From an uncultured bacterium (GTDB lineage: Bacteria > Desulfobacterota_D > UBA1144 > Nemesobacterales > UBA2774): a stretch of DNA of 64,000 bases. Under the pieces are notes generated by a model. It was not told the origin of the DNA. It did no database searches and was given only the letters and a program-made list of their open reading frames with translations. Positions 1-10,697 of this stretch are shown here, one piece after another (position 1 is the first letter of the stretch; each line of letters begins with the position of its first letter). The DNA is taken from assembly GCA_963825135.1 (NCBI GenBank), contig CAWGRW010000009.1, positions 1,792,001-1,856,000 of the forward strand, in the 5' to 3' direction. The position numbers were made by a program, and so were the translations under genes.

Positions 1-1
1 T

Positions 2-1036
2 AGGGGGGAGAAGAATATATATTACAAGGCTATTGCGTCGGGAGAGGCCCAGATCGTTATCGGGACTCATGCTTTGCTTCAGGAAAAGGTGGACTTCAAG
101 AACCTCGGGTTCGTTGTCATTGACGAGCAGCACAGGTTCGGCGTGATACAGAGGGCCGTGCTCATGGGCAAGGGCGGAAACCCCGATGTTCTCGTGATGA
201 CGGCGACCCCTATACCGCGCACTCTGGCCCTTACGGTCTACGGCGATCTCGACGTTTCCGTGCTCGACGAGCTCCCGCCGGGAAGGAAGGAAATAGGGAC
301 GAAGGTGTATTACGACCAGAAGGGCTCCCGTGAACGGGCGTACGAAGCCGTCAGGAGGGAGGTGGAAAAGGGGAGGCAGGCCTATGTCGTCTATCCGATG
401 ATAGAAGAGTCCGAAAAACCCGATTTTAAGGACCTGAAATATGCGACGCGGATGGCGGAGGAGCTGAAAAACGAGATATTCCCCGAATTCAGGGTGGGAC
501 TGCTCCACGGCAGGATGAAGACCGAGGAGAAAGAAGCCGTGATGAAGAGGTTCATTTCTCACCATATCGACATACTCGTCTCCACGACGGTGATAGAAGT
601 AGGCGTGGACGTCCCGAACGCGACCGTTATGGTCGTGGAAAACGCCGAGAGGTTCGGGCTTACACAGCTCCATCAGCTGAGAGGGAGGGTGGGGAGGGGA
701 GGACATGATTCGTTTTGCATTCTGATTTCGAGCTTCAAGAGGTCGGAGGACGCGGAGAAGAGGCTTTCAATAATGGAGCAGACGACGGACGGGTTCAGAA
801 TAGCCGACGCCGATCTCATGATCAGGGGCCCGGGGGATTTTCTTGGGACGAAGCAGTCGGGACTCCCTCAATTCAGATTCGCCGACCTCCTGAGAGACTC
901 GCGGATACTGGAGGAAGCGAGAGAAGACGCGTTCCTCATCGTGAAAAAAGACCCTCAGCTGGAAAACTATCCGGAGCTAATGAGAGAGGTCAGGAAAAGG
1001 TATGGGGAAGTATTTGAGTTGGGAGGAATATCATAA
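2..1036 (+). CDS. recG: ATP-dependent DNA helicase RecG (5'-truncated by the window edge)
   Basis: Frame is open from base 2 (..IVIGTHALLQE..). Motifs DEQHRFGV, MTATPIPRTL, TTVIEVGVDVPNAT, QLHQLRGRVGRG and the TRG motif RGPGDFLGTKQSG are present. Confidence 0.97.
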   Translation, partial: RGEKNIYYKAIASGEAQIVIGTHALLQEKVDFKNLGFVVIDEQHRFGVIQRAVLMGKGGNPDVLVMTATPIPRTLALTVYGDLDVSVLDELPPGRKEIGTKVYYDQKGSRERAYEAVRREVEKGRQAYVVYPMIEESEKPDFKDLKYATRMAEELKNEIFPEFRVGLLHGRMKTEEKEAVMKRFISHHIDILVSTTVIEVGVDVPNATVMVVENAERFGLTQLHQLRGRVGRGGHDSFCILISSFKRSEDAEKRLSIMEQTTDGFRIADADLMIRGPGDFLGTKQSGLPQFRFADLLRDSRILEEAREDAFLIVKKDPQLENYPELMREVRKRYGEVFELGGIS

Positions 1037-1078
1037 TTGTATGTGTTTCAATATTTCCCGTGGACTTCCCCTTGACTA

Positions 1079-2341
1079 TTAGCCCTCGAGGAGGAGCGAT
1101 TCCGGGTCCTCAATCAGCTCTTTAACCCTCACGAGGAACTGGACGGCTTCGCGCCCGTCGACAATTCTGTGGTCATAGCTCAGAGCGACGTACATCATGG
1201 GACGAATCACCACCGCCCCGCTGACGGCGACGGCCCTGTCCTCGATCTTGTGAAGTCCGAGAATCCCCGATTGCGGCGGGTTGAGTATGGGGGTGCTCAT
1301 AAGCGAGCCGAATACCCCGCCGTTTGTTATCGTAAAGGTGCCTCCCATAATCTCGTTCAGTGTAAGCGTGTTGTCCTCGGCCCTCAGCGCGTAGTCCTTG
1401 ATCGATTTCTCTATTACGGCAAACGACATACTGTCTGCATTTCTAAGCACCGGGACTACCAGTCCTTCTGTCGCCCCTATGGCTACCCCTATATCGTAGT
1501 AGTGCTTAATGATCATTTCGTCGCCGTCGATCTCCCCGTTTACCTGCGGGAATTCCTTAAGGGCCCCAATGGCGGCTTTAACGAAAAACGAATTTAACCC
1601 CAGGCCGACCCCGTATTTTTCCTTGAAGGACTCCTTCCTGCGCTTGCGGAGCTCCATGACCGCGCCCATGTCGATCTCGTTGAAGGTCGTGAGCATAGCC
1701 GTCGACTGGGTAGCCTCAAGCATACGGCGTGCTATAGTCCGTCTCCTCCGTGACATCTTGATCCGCTCCTCCCTAGCGTCCCGTGAAATGCGGAGCACCG
1801 TCGCTTCTTTCGCTTCGACCAACGCGGGAGATTTGCTCTTGAGAGGCTCTACCCTGGGTATTTCGGCATGAGCGGGCTCTTCGGCTGTTTTCTCGATATG
1901 TATTTCGACGTCTTCTTTTGTAATACGGCCGCTGGGCCCGGTGCCCTCGACATTGTCGAGATCGACCCCTTTTTCTTCTGCAATCCGTCTCGCTACCGGG
2001 GTCACTCTTTCCTCTGCGGGCTCGGGTCCTTTTATTTTTTCTTCTTTCGCCTCCGCCGGCGCTTGTTTCGGGCCTTCCTTCGGTCTGGCCGGTTCCTCGG
2101 TCTTGCCTTCTTCTATCACACAGAGAACATCCCCGACCTCGACGTCCTCACCGTCCTTTTTCCTGATGCTGCCCAGTATCCCTTCCTTCTCCGCCGCGAC
2201 CTCGAAATTCGCTTTTTCCGTCTCGAGCTCTACAAGCGGCTCCCCGATCTTCACCGGGTCTCCTTCCGACTTGAACCATCTAACGACAGTTGCTTCTACG
2301 ACGGATTCTCCCAATTCGGGCACGGTTACGTTAATTGACAT
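1079..2341 (-). CDS. sucB: 2-oxoglutarate dehydrogenase E2, dihydrolipoyl succinyltransferase
   Basis: N-terminal lipoyl domain (PELGESV..ETEKA), E3-binding domain ([12 protein letters not shown]), catalytic YDHRIVDG; directly downstream of sucA. Confidence 0.95.
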   Translation of the reverse strand: MSINVTVPELGESVVEATVVRWFKSEGDPVKIGEPLVELETEKANFEVAAEKEGILGSIRKKDGEDVEVGDVLCVIEEGKTEEPARPKEGPKQAPAEAKEEKIKGPEPAEERVTPVARRIAEEKGVDLDNVEGTGPSGRITKEDVEIHIEKTAEEPAHAEIPRVEPLKSKSPALVEAKEATVLRISRDAREERIKMSRRRRTIARRMLEATQSTAMLTTFNEIDMGAVMELRKRRKESFKEKYGVGLGLNSFFVKAAIGALKEFPQVNGEIDGDEMIIKHYYDIGVAIGATEGLVVPVLRNADSMSFAVIEKSIKDYALRAEDNTLTLNEIMGGTFTITNGGVFGSLMSTPILNPPQSGILGLHKIEDRAVAVSGAVVIRPMMYVALSYDHRIVDGREAVQFLVRVKELIEDPESLLLEG

Positions 2342-2357
2342 GATATTTCTCCGGTGT

Positions 2358-5171
2358 TTAGACGTTTTTTACCCATGTAATACCTAATTCGTCGATATTG
2401 GGAAGCACTTTGCCGAGCAGGAATGCCTGCCTGATGAGCGCTTCCTGGTTCACCTTGTGCATCGAAGCGGTTCCTTCGGCCGGGCTCGAATTCCGGCGCC
2501 TTCCCATGTAGTGAAGTGCGACGCGTCCCTTTATCAGTTTCCTCAGGAACGGGTATATGAACATCCAGGCCCCCATGTTTTCGGGTTCTTCCTGGAGCCA
2601 GATTACTTCCTTGAGCTTGGGATACCTGTTCAATACTTTCTGGAGCAGCGTCGTCGGGACCGGATACAGCTGTTCGAGCCTCGCGATTGCAACATCCCTG
2701 GAACCTTTTTTTCTTAACTCGCTGGCTATGAGGTCTATATACACTTTACCGCTGCAGAGGATCAGCCTCTTGACTGATTTCGCCTGACTGTCGTTCATTC
2801 CGTCATCGATTACTGGCTGCCACGTCCCCTCCGCGAGGTCCCTTAATGAAGAGAAAACAAGCGGGTTCCGGAGAAGGCTTTTGGGCGTCATTATTATTAG
2901 AGGCAGCGGGTCGATATCGAGCACGCCGGCCTGTCTTCTCAGGAGATGGAAATACTGTGCGGAGGTGGTACAGTTCGCAATTCTCATGTTCACTTCCCCC
3001 GCGGAATCCAGAAACCTTCCCAGCCGGCCGCTCGAATGGTCCGGGCCCTGGCCTTCATAAGCGTGCGGAAGGAGCAGGACGAGAGAAGGCGTCTGTCCCC
3101 ATTTCGCCCTGGCCGATACGACGTATTCATCGATTATCGTCTGCGCGCCGTTGATAAAATCCCCATACTGCGCTTCCCAAATGACCAAACGGTCGGGCGC
3201 CTGAATGTTATATCCGTATTCGAACCCGATGCAGGCGTTTTCCGTAAGCGGGCTGTTCAAAATTTCAAAAGATGCTTTTGACTGAGGCAGTTCCTGTAAC
3301 GGCGTGTATATCCTGCCGGTATTGAAATCATGAAGAACCGCGTGCCTGTGGCTGAATGTACCGCGCTCGGCGTCCTGTCCCGTGAAGCGTATGGACGTTC
3401 CATCGGCGAGTATTGACGCAAATGCTAAATCTTCGGCCATACCCCAGTCTATTGTCCTCTCGTCTATGTTGGAGAGAGCTTGCTCCTTCCGTTCCCTCCC
3501 CCGTTTCAGCTTGGGGTTGATCGTGAACCACTCGGGGAGCTTCAGGAGAGAAGCATTCAGTTCTCTCAGTGCTTCTGCCGGGACGGAGGTTAGGGTTTTT
3601 TGAGCTGCCCCTGCGGGCGGTCTTTCGGAAAGGGATTCTTCCGGTATGTCCTGAGGGGTCAGGGATTCGAAGTCTTTGTGAAGAATTTCGTTGTACTTGT
3701 TTACCAAGTCATCGGCTTCGTCCTTATCTATAATATTCCGTTTTACCAGTGTGCCCGCCCAAATTTCCCTCACGGTCGGGTGGTCGTCAATTATCTTGTA
3801 CATATCGGGCTGTGTGAAAGCGGGCTCGTCCGCTTCGTTGTGGCCGTGTCGTCTGTAACCTACAAGATCTATCAGGAAATCCTTACCGAACCTCCTCAGG
3901 TAAGCGATTGCGAGCCGCGCGCATTCGATGCACGCCTCGGGGTCGTCGGCGTTAACATGGACTATCGGGATCTCGAACCCCTTGGCGAGATCGCTTGCAT
4001 AGAGCGTACTGCGGCTCTCGCTTGGTAAGGCCGTGTAACCGAGCTGGTTGTTGGTAATAACGTGAATTGTACCGCCCGTATTGTAACCTGGCAGCCTGCA
4101 CATGTTGAGGGTTTCGGAAACAATGCCCTGGCCCGGAAAAGCCGCGTCGCCGTGTACGATGATCGGAAGCGACACCCCCTGGTCGAATTTCGGCGCTCCG
4201 CCGTTATTGACCGCTGTGCCCGCGGCGCGCGCCATACCCTCTACGACCGGATTCACCGATTCGAGGTGGCTGGGGTTCGGGGCCAGCGTGATCTGCATCT
4301 CTATCGCTCTTCCGTTTTTTATTGCGTAGCGCGCGCCCTCGTGGTATTTAACATCGCCGGTCCAGCCCATGTAATCCCTGAAATCCCTTTCCAGTATAGG
4401 GTCCTTGAATTTAATTAACGTCCCCTTGTATGTCTTCGTCATTACATGATGCATGACGTTCAAGCGGCCCCTGTGGGCCATGCCCATAAAAATATTGTTT
4501 ATGCCTTCCTCAGCCGCTATGCCCACGATCTCATTTAAAACGGGGACGAGCATGTCCACGCCTTCGATTGAAAAGCGGAACTTGCCGGGGAATATGCGAT
4601 GGAGGAATTTCTCCAGCACCTCTACTTTGGTAAGGCTTTCGAGGAGCAGCTTTTCGTTAATCGGGTCCGTAGGGGGCCTGAAACTGCCTGTTTCGGCGGC
4701 TTCCCGGAGCCATTTCCTCTCTTCGAGCGAGTTAATATGATAATAATCGTAGCCCACCCTGGAAGAGTAGATCTTACGGAGTTCCTGTATCCCGTCATAG
4801 GCGTTGGCCGTCTTCTCGGATACGGGCTTGCCCACCAGACTCGACGGCAGCTGGACGAGGTCTTCCGGGGTCAGGCCGTGGGTCGAGAGTTCGAGAGACG
4901 GGTCCCCGGGGGGATTACTGCCAAGTGGGTCTAAATCGGCGTCGAGATGGCCGAAGGCACGGATCGCCTGAGCGAGGTTTGCCGTTGCAACTATTTTATC
5001 AATTTCGAGCTGGGTAATCTCGGAGGGACTCTCTTCGTAAATCTCCGGATGCATCTTGTCGAATACAGCTCTTGTGGCTGAATCGACCGAGCCCGGATCC
5101 TTGAGATAACGCTCATATAGCTCAAGAACATAACCTGAATTAGGTCCGTGAAAAATATGCGAAATATCCAT
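2358..5171 (-). CDS. sucA: 2-oxoglutarate dehydrogenase E1
   Basis: [24 protein letters not shown] motif [33 protein letters not shown]. Confidence 0.97.
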   Translation of the reverse strand: MDISHIFHGPNSGYVLELYERYLKDPGSVDSATRAVFDKMHPEIYEESPSEITQLEIDKIVATANLAQAIRAFGHLDADLDPLGSNPPGDPSLELSTHGLTPEDLVQLPSSLVGKPVSEKTANAYDGIQELRKIYSSRVGYDYYHINSLEERKWLREAAETGSFRPPTDPINEKLLLESLTKVEVLEKFLHRIFPGKFRFSIEGVDMLVPVLNEIVGIAAEEGINNIFMGMAHRGRLNVMHHVMTKTYKGTLIKFKDPILERDFRDYMGWTGDVKYHEGARYAIKNGRAIEMQITLAPNPSHLESVNPVVEGMARAAGTAVNNGGAPKFDQGVSLPIIVHGDAAFPGQGIVSETLNMCRLPGYNTGGTIHVITNNQLGYTALPSESRSTLYASDLAKGFEIPIVHVNADDPEACIECARLAIAYLRRFGKDFLIDLVGYRRHGHNEADEPAFTQPDMYKIIDDHPTVREIWAGTLVKRNIIDKDEADDLVNKYNEILHKDFESLTPQDIPEESLSERPPAGAAQKTLTSVPAEALRELNASLLKLPEWFTINPKLKRGRERKEQALSNIDERTIDWGMAEDLAFASILADGTSIRFTGQDAERGTFSHRHAVLHDFNTGRIYTPLQELPQSKASFEILNSPLTENACIGFEYGYNIQAPDRLVIWEAQYGDFINGAQTIIDEYVVSARAKWGQTPSLVLLLPHAYEGQGPDHSSGRLGRFLDSAGEVNMRIANCTTSAQYFHLLRRQAGVLDIDPLPLIIMTPKSLLRNPLVFSSLRDLAEGTWQPVIDDGMNDSQAKSVKRLILCSGKVYIDLIASELRKKGSRDVAIARLEQLYPVPTTLLQKVLNRYPKLKEVIWLQEEPENMGAWMFIYPFLRKLIKGRVALHYMGRRRNSSPAEGTASMHKVNQEALIRQAFLLGKVLPNIDELGITWVKNV

Positions 5172-5245
5172 GTTTTCTTGCCCTTTTGAATCGAATCGTC
5201 AGTTATATGGTCGGATTGGTATTAAAGTCTCGATTTTCAGTATGT

Positions 5246-5273
5246 ATATTAGCACAGCTATATTTTTGTGCAA
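5246..5273 (-). promoter_or_regulatory. Candidate sigma70 promoter for sucAB with a dyad in its spacer
   Basis: Minus strand reads TTGCAC-16 nt-TAATAT with a TGn extension. A GCACA-N10-TGTGC inverted repeat lies at 5252-5271. Confidence 0.3.
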
Positions 5274-5436
5274 TCTCTGGCTTCCTAATTCTCTGTCATT
5301 GCATGGTATTTTGTTTTGCCTCCCGGATCATGCAAATTAGGACGCTGAAGAGTTATATGAACAGTATTATCTAAATAAGGCGATCCTCCTGCGATTTTTG
5401 CCGGTTATGTAAATTCGCCCCGCGTAAGCTCTGATT

Positions 5437-6315
5437 CTATCCCGTGTACGAATTGATGAACTTCTCGTAATGGGCCCTGTGGTCCTGGCGTCCGATTTGC
5501 TGCTGAGCGGGCGGAAGCTCGGTCTTATTCAGGATAATCGATTCGAGGGAAGCGTGCTCTCCCTTGAATATTCTCCCGATCGGAATCTTCCCCTCCTCTT
5601 TCAGCTGGAGCGATCTCTGGAAGGCCATCCCGCGGTTAGTCGGGTCATAACCTTCTTCCTCGTCTATATTATAGACCCTGGCTCTCCATTCCCGGTGAGT
5701 ATCATAGTACGTTACGCATGGGGAAAGCACTTCGAGGAAAGCGAACCCCTTCTTGGACTGGGTATGATCGAGAGCCGCTTCCATCAGTTTCTCCAGCTGC
5801 TCGGGGTTGCCGCTGAAACCCCGCGCCAGGAATGTAGCCGACGGGAAGCTTAGGCCTAGCAGGATCGAATCCAGACCGGATTCGGCGTTGTCACGATAAC
5901 CGGTAGGGCTGGTTGGGGATATCTGACCTTTCGTCAGACCGTAATTGCTGTTGTTCATTACAATATAGGTAATGCTAGGGTTGCTCTTGAAGGTATGTAC
6001 GAGGTGGCCCGCTCCTATGGCATAGCCGTCGCCGTCCCCTCCCGCCGCGATTACGGTCAGGTCGGGGTTGGCCAGCTTGGCTCCTATTGCGGCGGGCAGT
6101 ACCCTCCCGTGCAGCGCGTGGTATCCGAAGCAGGGCAGGTTGTTTTGTATCGTTCCCGAGCACCCGATTCCGGCCAGCATCATAAGCTTGTACGGAGGTA
6201 TGCCCATCTTGTTCAAGGCCTTTTCAAGGACGCCCTGTACTGCGAAGTCTCCGCATCCGGCGCACCATATCGGTCTTGCCGGCGTAAAGGTTTTTGTACG
6301 GGTTTCTGTCGTCAC
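5437..6315 (-). CDS. korB: 2-oxoacid:ferredoxin oxidoreductase beta subunit (KorB-like)
   Basis: WCAGCG, GIGCSG, HGR, TPP motif GGDGD..NN..YGLTKGQISPT, SPC. GTG start overlaps the korA stop (GTGA), with GGAGG upstream. Confidence 0.9.
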   Translation of the reverse strand: MTTETRTKTFTPARPIWCAGCGDFAVQGVLEKALNKMGIPPYKLMMLAGIGCSGTIQNNLPCFGYHALHGRVLPAAIGAKLANPDLTVIAAGGDGDGYAIGAGHLVHTFKSNPSITYIVMNNSNYGLTKGQISPTSPTGYRDNAESGLDSILLGLSFPSATFLARGFSGNPEQLEKLMEAALDHTQSKKGFAFLEVLSPCVTYYDTHREWRARVYNIDEEEGYDPTNRGMAFQRSLQLKEEGKIPIGRIFKGEHASLESIILNKTELPPAQQQIGRQDHRAHYEKFINSYTG

Positions 6316-8114
6316 TGTAGCTTAGCCTCCTTTTTTCTCTTCTTTACTACGCTGCTTTCCCCTTCGAGGACCCTTCTTACCAGATCCACCGGCCTGAAAG
6401 GAATTCCGTCGTATCTCAAAATATTATTTATTTTATCCGGGTCCGCTCCCTGGTGAATCAGTATATGCGCCAGCTGGCCCTGCGCATTGAGCTCGACCAC
6501 ATAGACCCTGGTGCATTTGTCGATAAAGCCGAGTATGTCGTCAAGCACCGGCCAAATGGTTCTGGGCTGTAAATATCGGGTCTTGATGCCTTCTTTTTTC
6601 AGGTCTTCCATCGCATCTTGTATGACCCCGAATAAAGATCCGATCCCGATGAAACCGATCTTGGCGCTCGGGTCGCCGAAATGACGGGCCCCGGGCAATT
6701 CGTTTTTCGCGCCTTCGATCTTCCCCATACGCTTATCCATCATTTTTACGCGGTTTGTCGGGTCGGTGGAAACGAGTCCCCATTCATTATGCTCGTTCCC
6801 CGTGACCAGCGATAACCCTCCGGGCGTACCGGGCGCGGCGAACGGCGATATATTGTCATCCGTGAATTCGTATCGTTTGTAGAATCCGAGCTTTTCAATT
6901 TCTGCCGCTTCGACCCGCTTGCCCGGAACCGCGCTTACTCCGTCGAGGTCAAACGGTTTGACTGTCGCGACGTTCTGAGACAGCGCCTGGTCCATCGCCA
7001 GGAAAACAGGGCATTGATATTTATCCGCCAGGTTCGTGGCCTCCGCAGCCAGGTAAAAGCAGTCATCGGGGTGTCCCGGGGTAAGGACTATTCGCGGAAA
7101 GTCCCCGTGACCCCCGAAGACCATCAGGTTCAGGTCGCTCTGCTCGGGCTTAGTCGGCATACCCGTGCTCGGTCCCGAACGCTGACAGTCGACTATCACT
7201 AGCGGTATTTCTCCCGAACCGCAGTGCCCGACTCCCTCCTGCATCAGAGAGAAGCCGGGACCGGACGTGGCTACCATAGCCCTTGTTCCGGTGAGCGCCG
7301 CTCCGATAGCCATGTTAATTCCGGCCAGCTCGTCCTCGGTCTGTCTGGCGACTCCTCCACACCTCGGGAGCCACTTCTGGAGCGTCTCCAGTATCTCTGA
7401 AGAAGGGGTTATGGGGTAGCCGCAAAAGAACCTGCCCCCCGCAACCATGAATCCGAATGAGACCGATTCGTTGCCGGTGATCAAAAGGCGCGGCTCGGGT
7501 GTTGTCTTGTTTATTTTATATAGTCCTTCTCCTTCGTGTATGCCCATCTCGTCAGCGAGATGGAAGCCCAGGGCGAGCGCCTCGAGGTTGTATTCGAGAA
7601 TAACCTGTCCCATTCTCTGAAAGTGATTAACGAATGTCTCGCGCAGGGTTTCGTCTTCGAGGCCGAGCAGTCTCCCCACGACACCGAAAGCAATACTGTT
7701 CTTGTAGAGCTCTCTCCTCATCGTACGCATGGCTATCCTGTTGAACGGCGCGGAATATACCTTCGTGTCCTTAGGAAGAACGGACGGTACGGGGCCTCCG
7801 GAGTCGTCGTAGACCACTATGCTGTTCGAATCGAGCTGCCGCGCGTTTTTTTCAACGGCCTCTTCGTCCAGCGCGACCAGGAGGTTTATGTTGCTTCCTA
7901 TACAGTACCTCTCGCTGGCGGACGCCCTCATAGTCGCCGCCGCGTGTCCTCCCCTGATTCTCGATAAAACGTCTCTTTCCGTGTAAACGTTGAGCCCGTT
8001 CATACGAAGCATCTCTGCCAGCATCGTAATAACGGTTAGCGAACCATCCCCTCCCTGGCCCGCTACTATAACATTTACGTCCTCTAAAATAGGCCGGCTG
8101 TTGCTGGAACTCAT
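6312..8114 (-). CDS. korA: 2-oxoacid:ferredoxin oxidoreductase alpha subunit (gamma-alpha fusion, KorA-like)
   Basis: N-terminal gamma domain (AGQGGDG..SRIRGG), GNE, YPITPSS, EDE, TSGPGFSLM, QRSGPSTGMPT. Substrate specificity is not determined from sequence. Confidence 0.9.
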   Translation of the reverse strand: MSSSNSRPILEDVNVIVAGQGGDGSLTVITMLAEMLRMNGLNVYTERDVLSRIRGGHAAATMRASASERYCIGSNINLLVALDEEAVEKNARQLDSNSIVVYDDSGGPVPSVLPKDTKVYSAPFNRIAMRTMRRELYKNSIAFGVVGRLLGLEDETLRETFVNHFQRMGQVILEYNLEALALGFHLADEMGIHEGEGLYKINKTTPEPRLLITGNESVSFGFMVAGGRFFCGYPITPSSEILETLQKWLPRCGGVARQTEDELAGINMAIGAALTGTRAMVATSGPGFSLMQEGVGHCGSGEIPLVIVDCQRSGPSTGMPTKPEQSDLNLMVFGGHGDFPRIVLTPGHPDDCFYLAAEATNLADKYQCPVFLAMDQALSQNVATVKPFDLDGVSAVPGKRVEAAEIEKLGFYKRYEFTDDNISPFAAPGTPGGLSLVTGNEHNEWGLVSTDPTNRVKMMDKRMGKIEGAKNELPGARHFGDPSAKIGFIGIGSLFGVIQDAMEDLKKEGIKTRYLQPRTIWPVLDDILGFIDKCTRVYVVELNAQGQLAHILIHQGADPDKINNILRYDGIPFRPVDLVRRVLEGESSVVKKRKKEAKLQ

Positions 8115-9391
8115 GTGGATGCTTTACCTCCGTTCGTGGGGTTATAGTCCTTATAGAGAGTCTTCGGATTGGTGTTTCCCATCTCGATTCTTTCCTGCAG
8201 CGTCGGCATCAGTGCCGGCAGGGGCTTATTTCTCTTCATGTTGCAAAGCCTTATTAAAAGATCCTTTGCCCGCGGTTCCGATTCGACCGGCACGATCTCG
8301 AACAGCCCGTCGTCGACCGCCGCCTGAAATGCCTTGTGTCCCGCCTCGGTCCTGACGGCGACGAAGGTCCACCCGTCGAGGCCTATTCCTCCGACCCCGA
8401 TGTCGGCGTGTTCCGCGGAGTAATCGAGGCAGTATAGGCATGCTGGCCGTGCGAACTGGTGAAAATCCTTTAATTTCATAATGATCTCTCGCCCGTCTCT
8501 GAGATTTATTATTACCTTTCCCTTTACATTCACATTCACTATGTCTATAGGCTCGACGTTAAGGGTCTCGGCTATGAATTTTATATGTTCGTGGGTGAAG
8601 CTCTCCGAGCAGAAAAGCCCTATTACGAGCGTTACGTTCTTCTGATACCACTTCGCCACTTCCAGACGGATGCTGCTGTACTGCTGCTGTCTGATACCGT
8701 CTACCTGGCACGGAACGCCCACAACGGCGATAGGATGTATGTCTTTTCTCATCGCCTCCGTGAGTGCGACGGTATTTGGCGAATAGGTATATCGGGAGCC
8801 GCTGCAGGAAATGATTTCCTCGGGCGTGGTAGCAAGCTTCTGAACGCCAATCTGAGGGTTTTCGGGCAGCACGTCGCCAAGCACGGCTCCCTTTATCGTC
8901 CCTTTTTTCAATGCATGTACCAGGAGCGCACTAGTAACCCCTCCGTCCTGTCCCCGTTTCAGAAGCTCGGTGTCTTTTGCCCTCGCAATCACGGCATAAT
9001 TATACGATCCGAATCCCTCGTCCAGCACAGGCTTTTTGAATCCGAGAAGCGTGTTAAGGTCTTTGTCCAGAGGACGCAGTACCGGGCATACGTCCGCGCA
9101 AAGCTCGCAGAACACGCAGGCGTCGTTTCTGGTGTCGACAGGGTGTTCGTCTTTATAGTCGAAAACGTCCGTAGGGCAGATCGTTACGCACGCCGCGCAG
9201 CCTACGCATTTGCCCGTGTCCACTATCTCGCGCATCAAGAAATCGACCGCCTTAAACCCTCCGCGGTTGATTTCCGATCTCCAGGCATAGGCCCACTCGA
9301 ACGGATCCACTCCCTCCTCCAGCATATGGTGGTATCGCTCCTGAACCGCTCGTACCAGCTTCTCATCTCTGCTGAATTCTTCATTGCTCAT
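8111..9391 (-). CDS. Ferredoxin-domain FrhB/FdhB-family flavo-iron-sulfur protein (FpoF/FqoF-like architecture)
   Basis: Two 4Fe-4S motifs (CVGCAACVTICP, CVFCELCADVCP), then FrhB motifs GQDGGVTSALL, GSRY, VGVPCQ, IGLFC, ACLYCLDY, ADIGVGG. ATG 9391 preferred because GTG 9400 overlaps the GGGAG RBS. Stop overlaps the korA start (ATGA). Confidence 0.88.
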   Translation of the reverse strand: MSNEEFSRDEKLVRAVQERYHHMLEEGVDPFEWAYAWRSEINRGGFKAVDFLMREIVDTGKCVGCAACVTICPTDVFDYKDEHPVDTRNDACVFCELCADVCPVLRPLDKDLNTLLGFKKPVLDEGFGSYNYAVIARAKDTELLKRGQDGGVTSALLVHALKKGTIKGAVLGDVLPENPQIGVQKLATTPEEIISCSGSRYTYSPNTVALTEAMRKDIHPIAVVGVPCQVDGIRQQQYSSIRLEVAKWYQKNVTLVIGLFCSESFTHEHIKFIAETLNVEPIDIVNVNVKGKVIINLRDGREIIMKLKDFHQFARPACLYCLDYSAEHADIGVGGIGLDGWTFVAVRTEAGHKAFQAAVDDGLFEIVPVESEPRAKDLLIRLCNMKRNKPLPALMPTLQERIEMGNTNPKTLYKDYNPTNGGKAST

Positions 9392-9770
9392 AATCGACAC
9401 TCCCTGTTAGATTATTTAGCAGAATTATCATGTATAGTTATTGTTAAATATTATATTCGGCTGTACTGATCCTATCACATTTTTTCTTAGCTTTAATGAT
9501 GCTGCGAGAACGCCGTTCTTAATAAAAAACTGATACATATTCTTAAATGATTCCTGTCACTTTACCCTTAATTCTTATAGTATATCAGTTTATTAGCATA
9601 GTAAATATACTTAGTCAATGTATAAATCAACCCGATCGATCTATGACCGGCAACCCCGTATTTCCTCCTTATTGGCAAATTGTTTGGAATAGAATTGCCT
9701 GGCGGTTATTCTATTCCCTGAAGTCGACCCCAAAAGACAAAAGGGATCCTGATCCGGGGACTGTTTTAAC

Positions 9771-10697
9771 ATGGTATACGTACACAACCTGACTAAGCGT
9801 TACGGCAGTCTCGTCGCGGTGGAAAACCTGTCATTTCAACTCGATAGGGGAGACGTTCTGGGTTTTCTCGGCCCGAATGGGGCCGGGAAAACGACGACCA
9901 TGCGCATTATTACGGGTTACATGCCCCCCACGAAGGGAACGGTCCACATCGAAGGCGTGGACATTTTCGACGACCCTATCCGGGCAAAAAAACTTATCGG
10001 GTATCTCCCGGAAAACCCGCCCCTTTATAACGATATGACAGTAGCCGAATACCTGGATTTCGTTGCCGATATAAAGCAGGTGAAGAGGAAGGAGAAGAAG
10101 AGCAAAATATTTTATGTCCTTGAAAAATGCGGTCTTTCCGAGGTGCGGAAACGTATAATAGGCCATCTCTCCAAGGGGTACAGGCAACGTGTCGGAATAG
10201 CGCAGGCGCTCGTCAACAACCCGTCGGTGCTTGTCCTCGATGAGCCCACGATCGGGCTCGATCCGGTGCAGATTATAGAGATAAGGGATCTGATAAAGAG
10301 CCTATCGGGCGAACGCACAGTCATACTGAGCACTCACATACTGCCTGAGGTCACGATGATATGCAGCAAGGTCGTGATAATCAACGAAGGAAAGATGGTG
10401 CTTGAGGAGTCGCTTCAAAACCTGTCCGAGGGTCTCAGGAATAGCCGGGAACTTTTACTCAGGGTCAGACAAAGCGGCGAAACTGTAAAAGAGAAGATTA
10501 TGTCGTTAAAAGGCGTCTCGGGGGTGAGGATGGGCTATTCGGGTGAATTCATCGTCACGCCGTCTGAAGGCAGGGAGATAAGGGAAGATATCGTAAGGAT
10601 CGTCATTGAAAACGATTTCGGTCTTCTCGAGTTGAGACCTCTGGTCAACACGCTTGAAGAGATATTTTTAAAAGTGATATCCTCTGAAGGAAGTTAG
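9771..10697 (+). CDS. ABC transporter ATP-binding protein (GldA-like)
   Basis: Walker A GPNGAGKTT, signature LSKGYRQR, LDEPT, STHIL. Confidence 0.93.
   Translation: MVYVHNLTKRYGSLVAVENLSFQLDRGDVLGFLGPNGAGKTTTMRIITGYMPPTKGTVHIEGVDIFDDPIRAKKLIGYLPENPPLYNDMTVAEYLDFVADIKQVKRKEKKSKIFYVLEKCGLSEVRKRIIGHLSKGYRQRVGIAQALVNNPSVLVLDEPTIGLDPVQIIEIRDLIKSLSGERTVILSTHILPEVTMICSKVVIINEGKMVLEESLQNLSEGLRNSRELLLRVRQSGETVKEKIMSLKGVSGVRMGYSGEFIVTPSEGREIREDIVRIVIENDFGLLELRPLVNTLEEIFLKVISSEGS

Noticed and set aside
9401..9770. AT-rich divergent region checked for Rex, FNR and CRP boxes
   Set aside because: Only half-sites (ATCAA, TCACA) without properly spaced partner arms.
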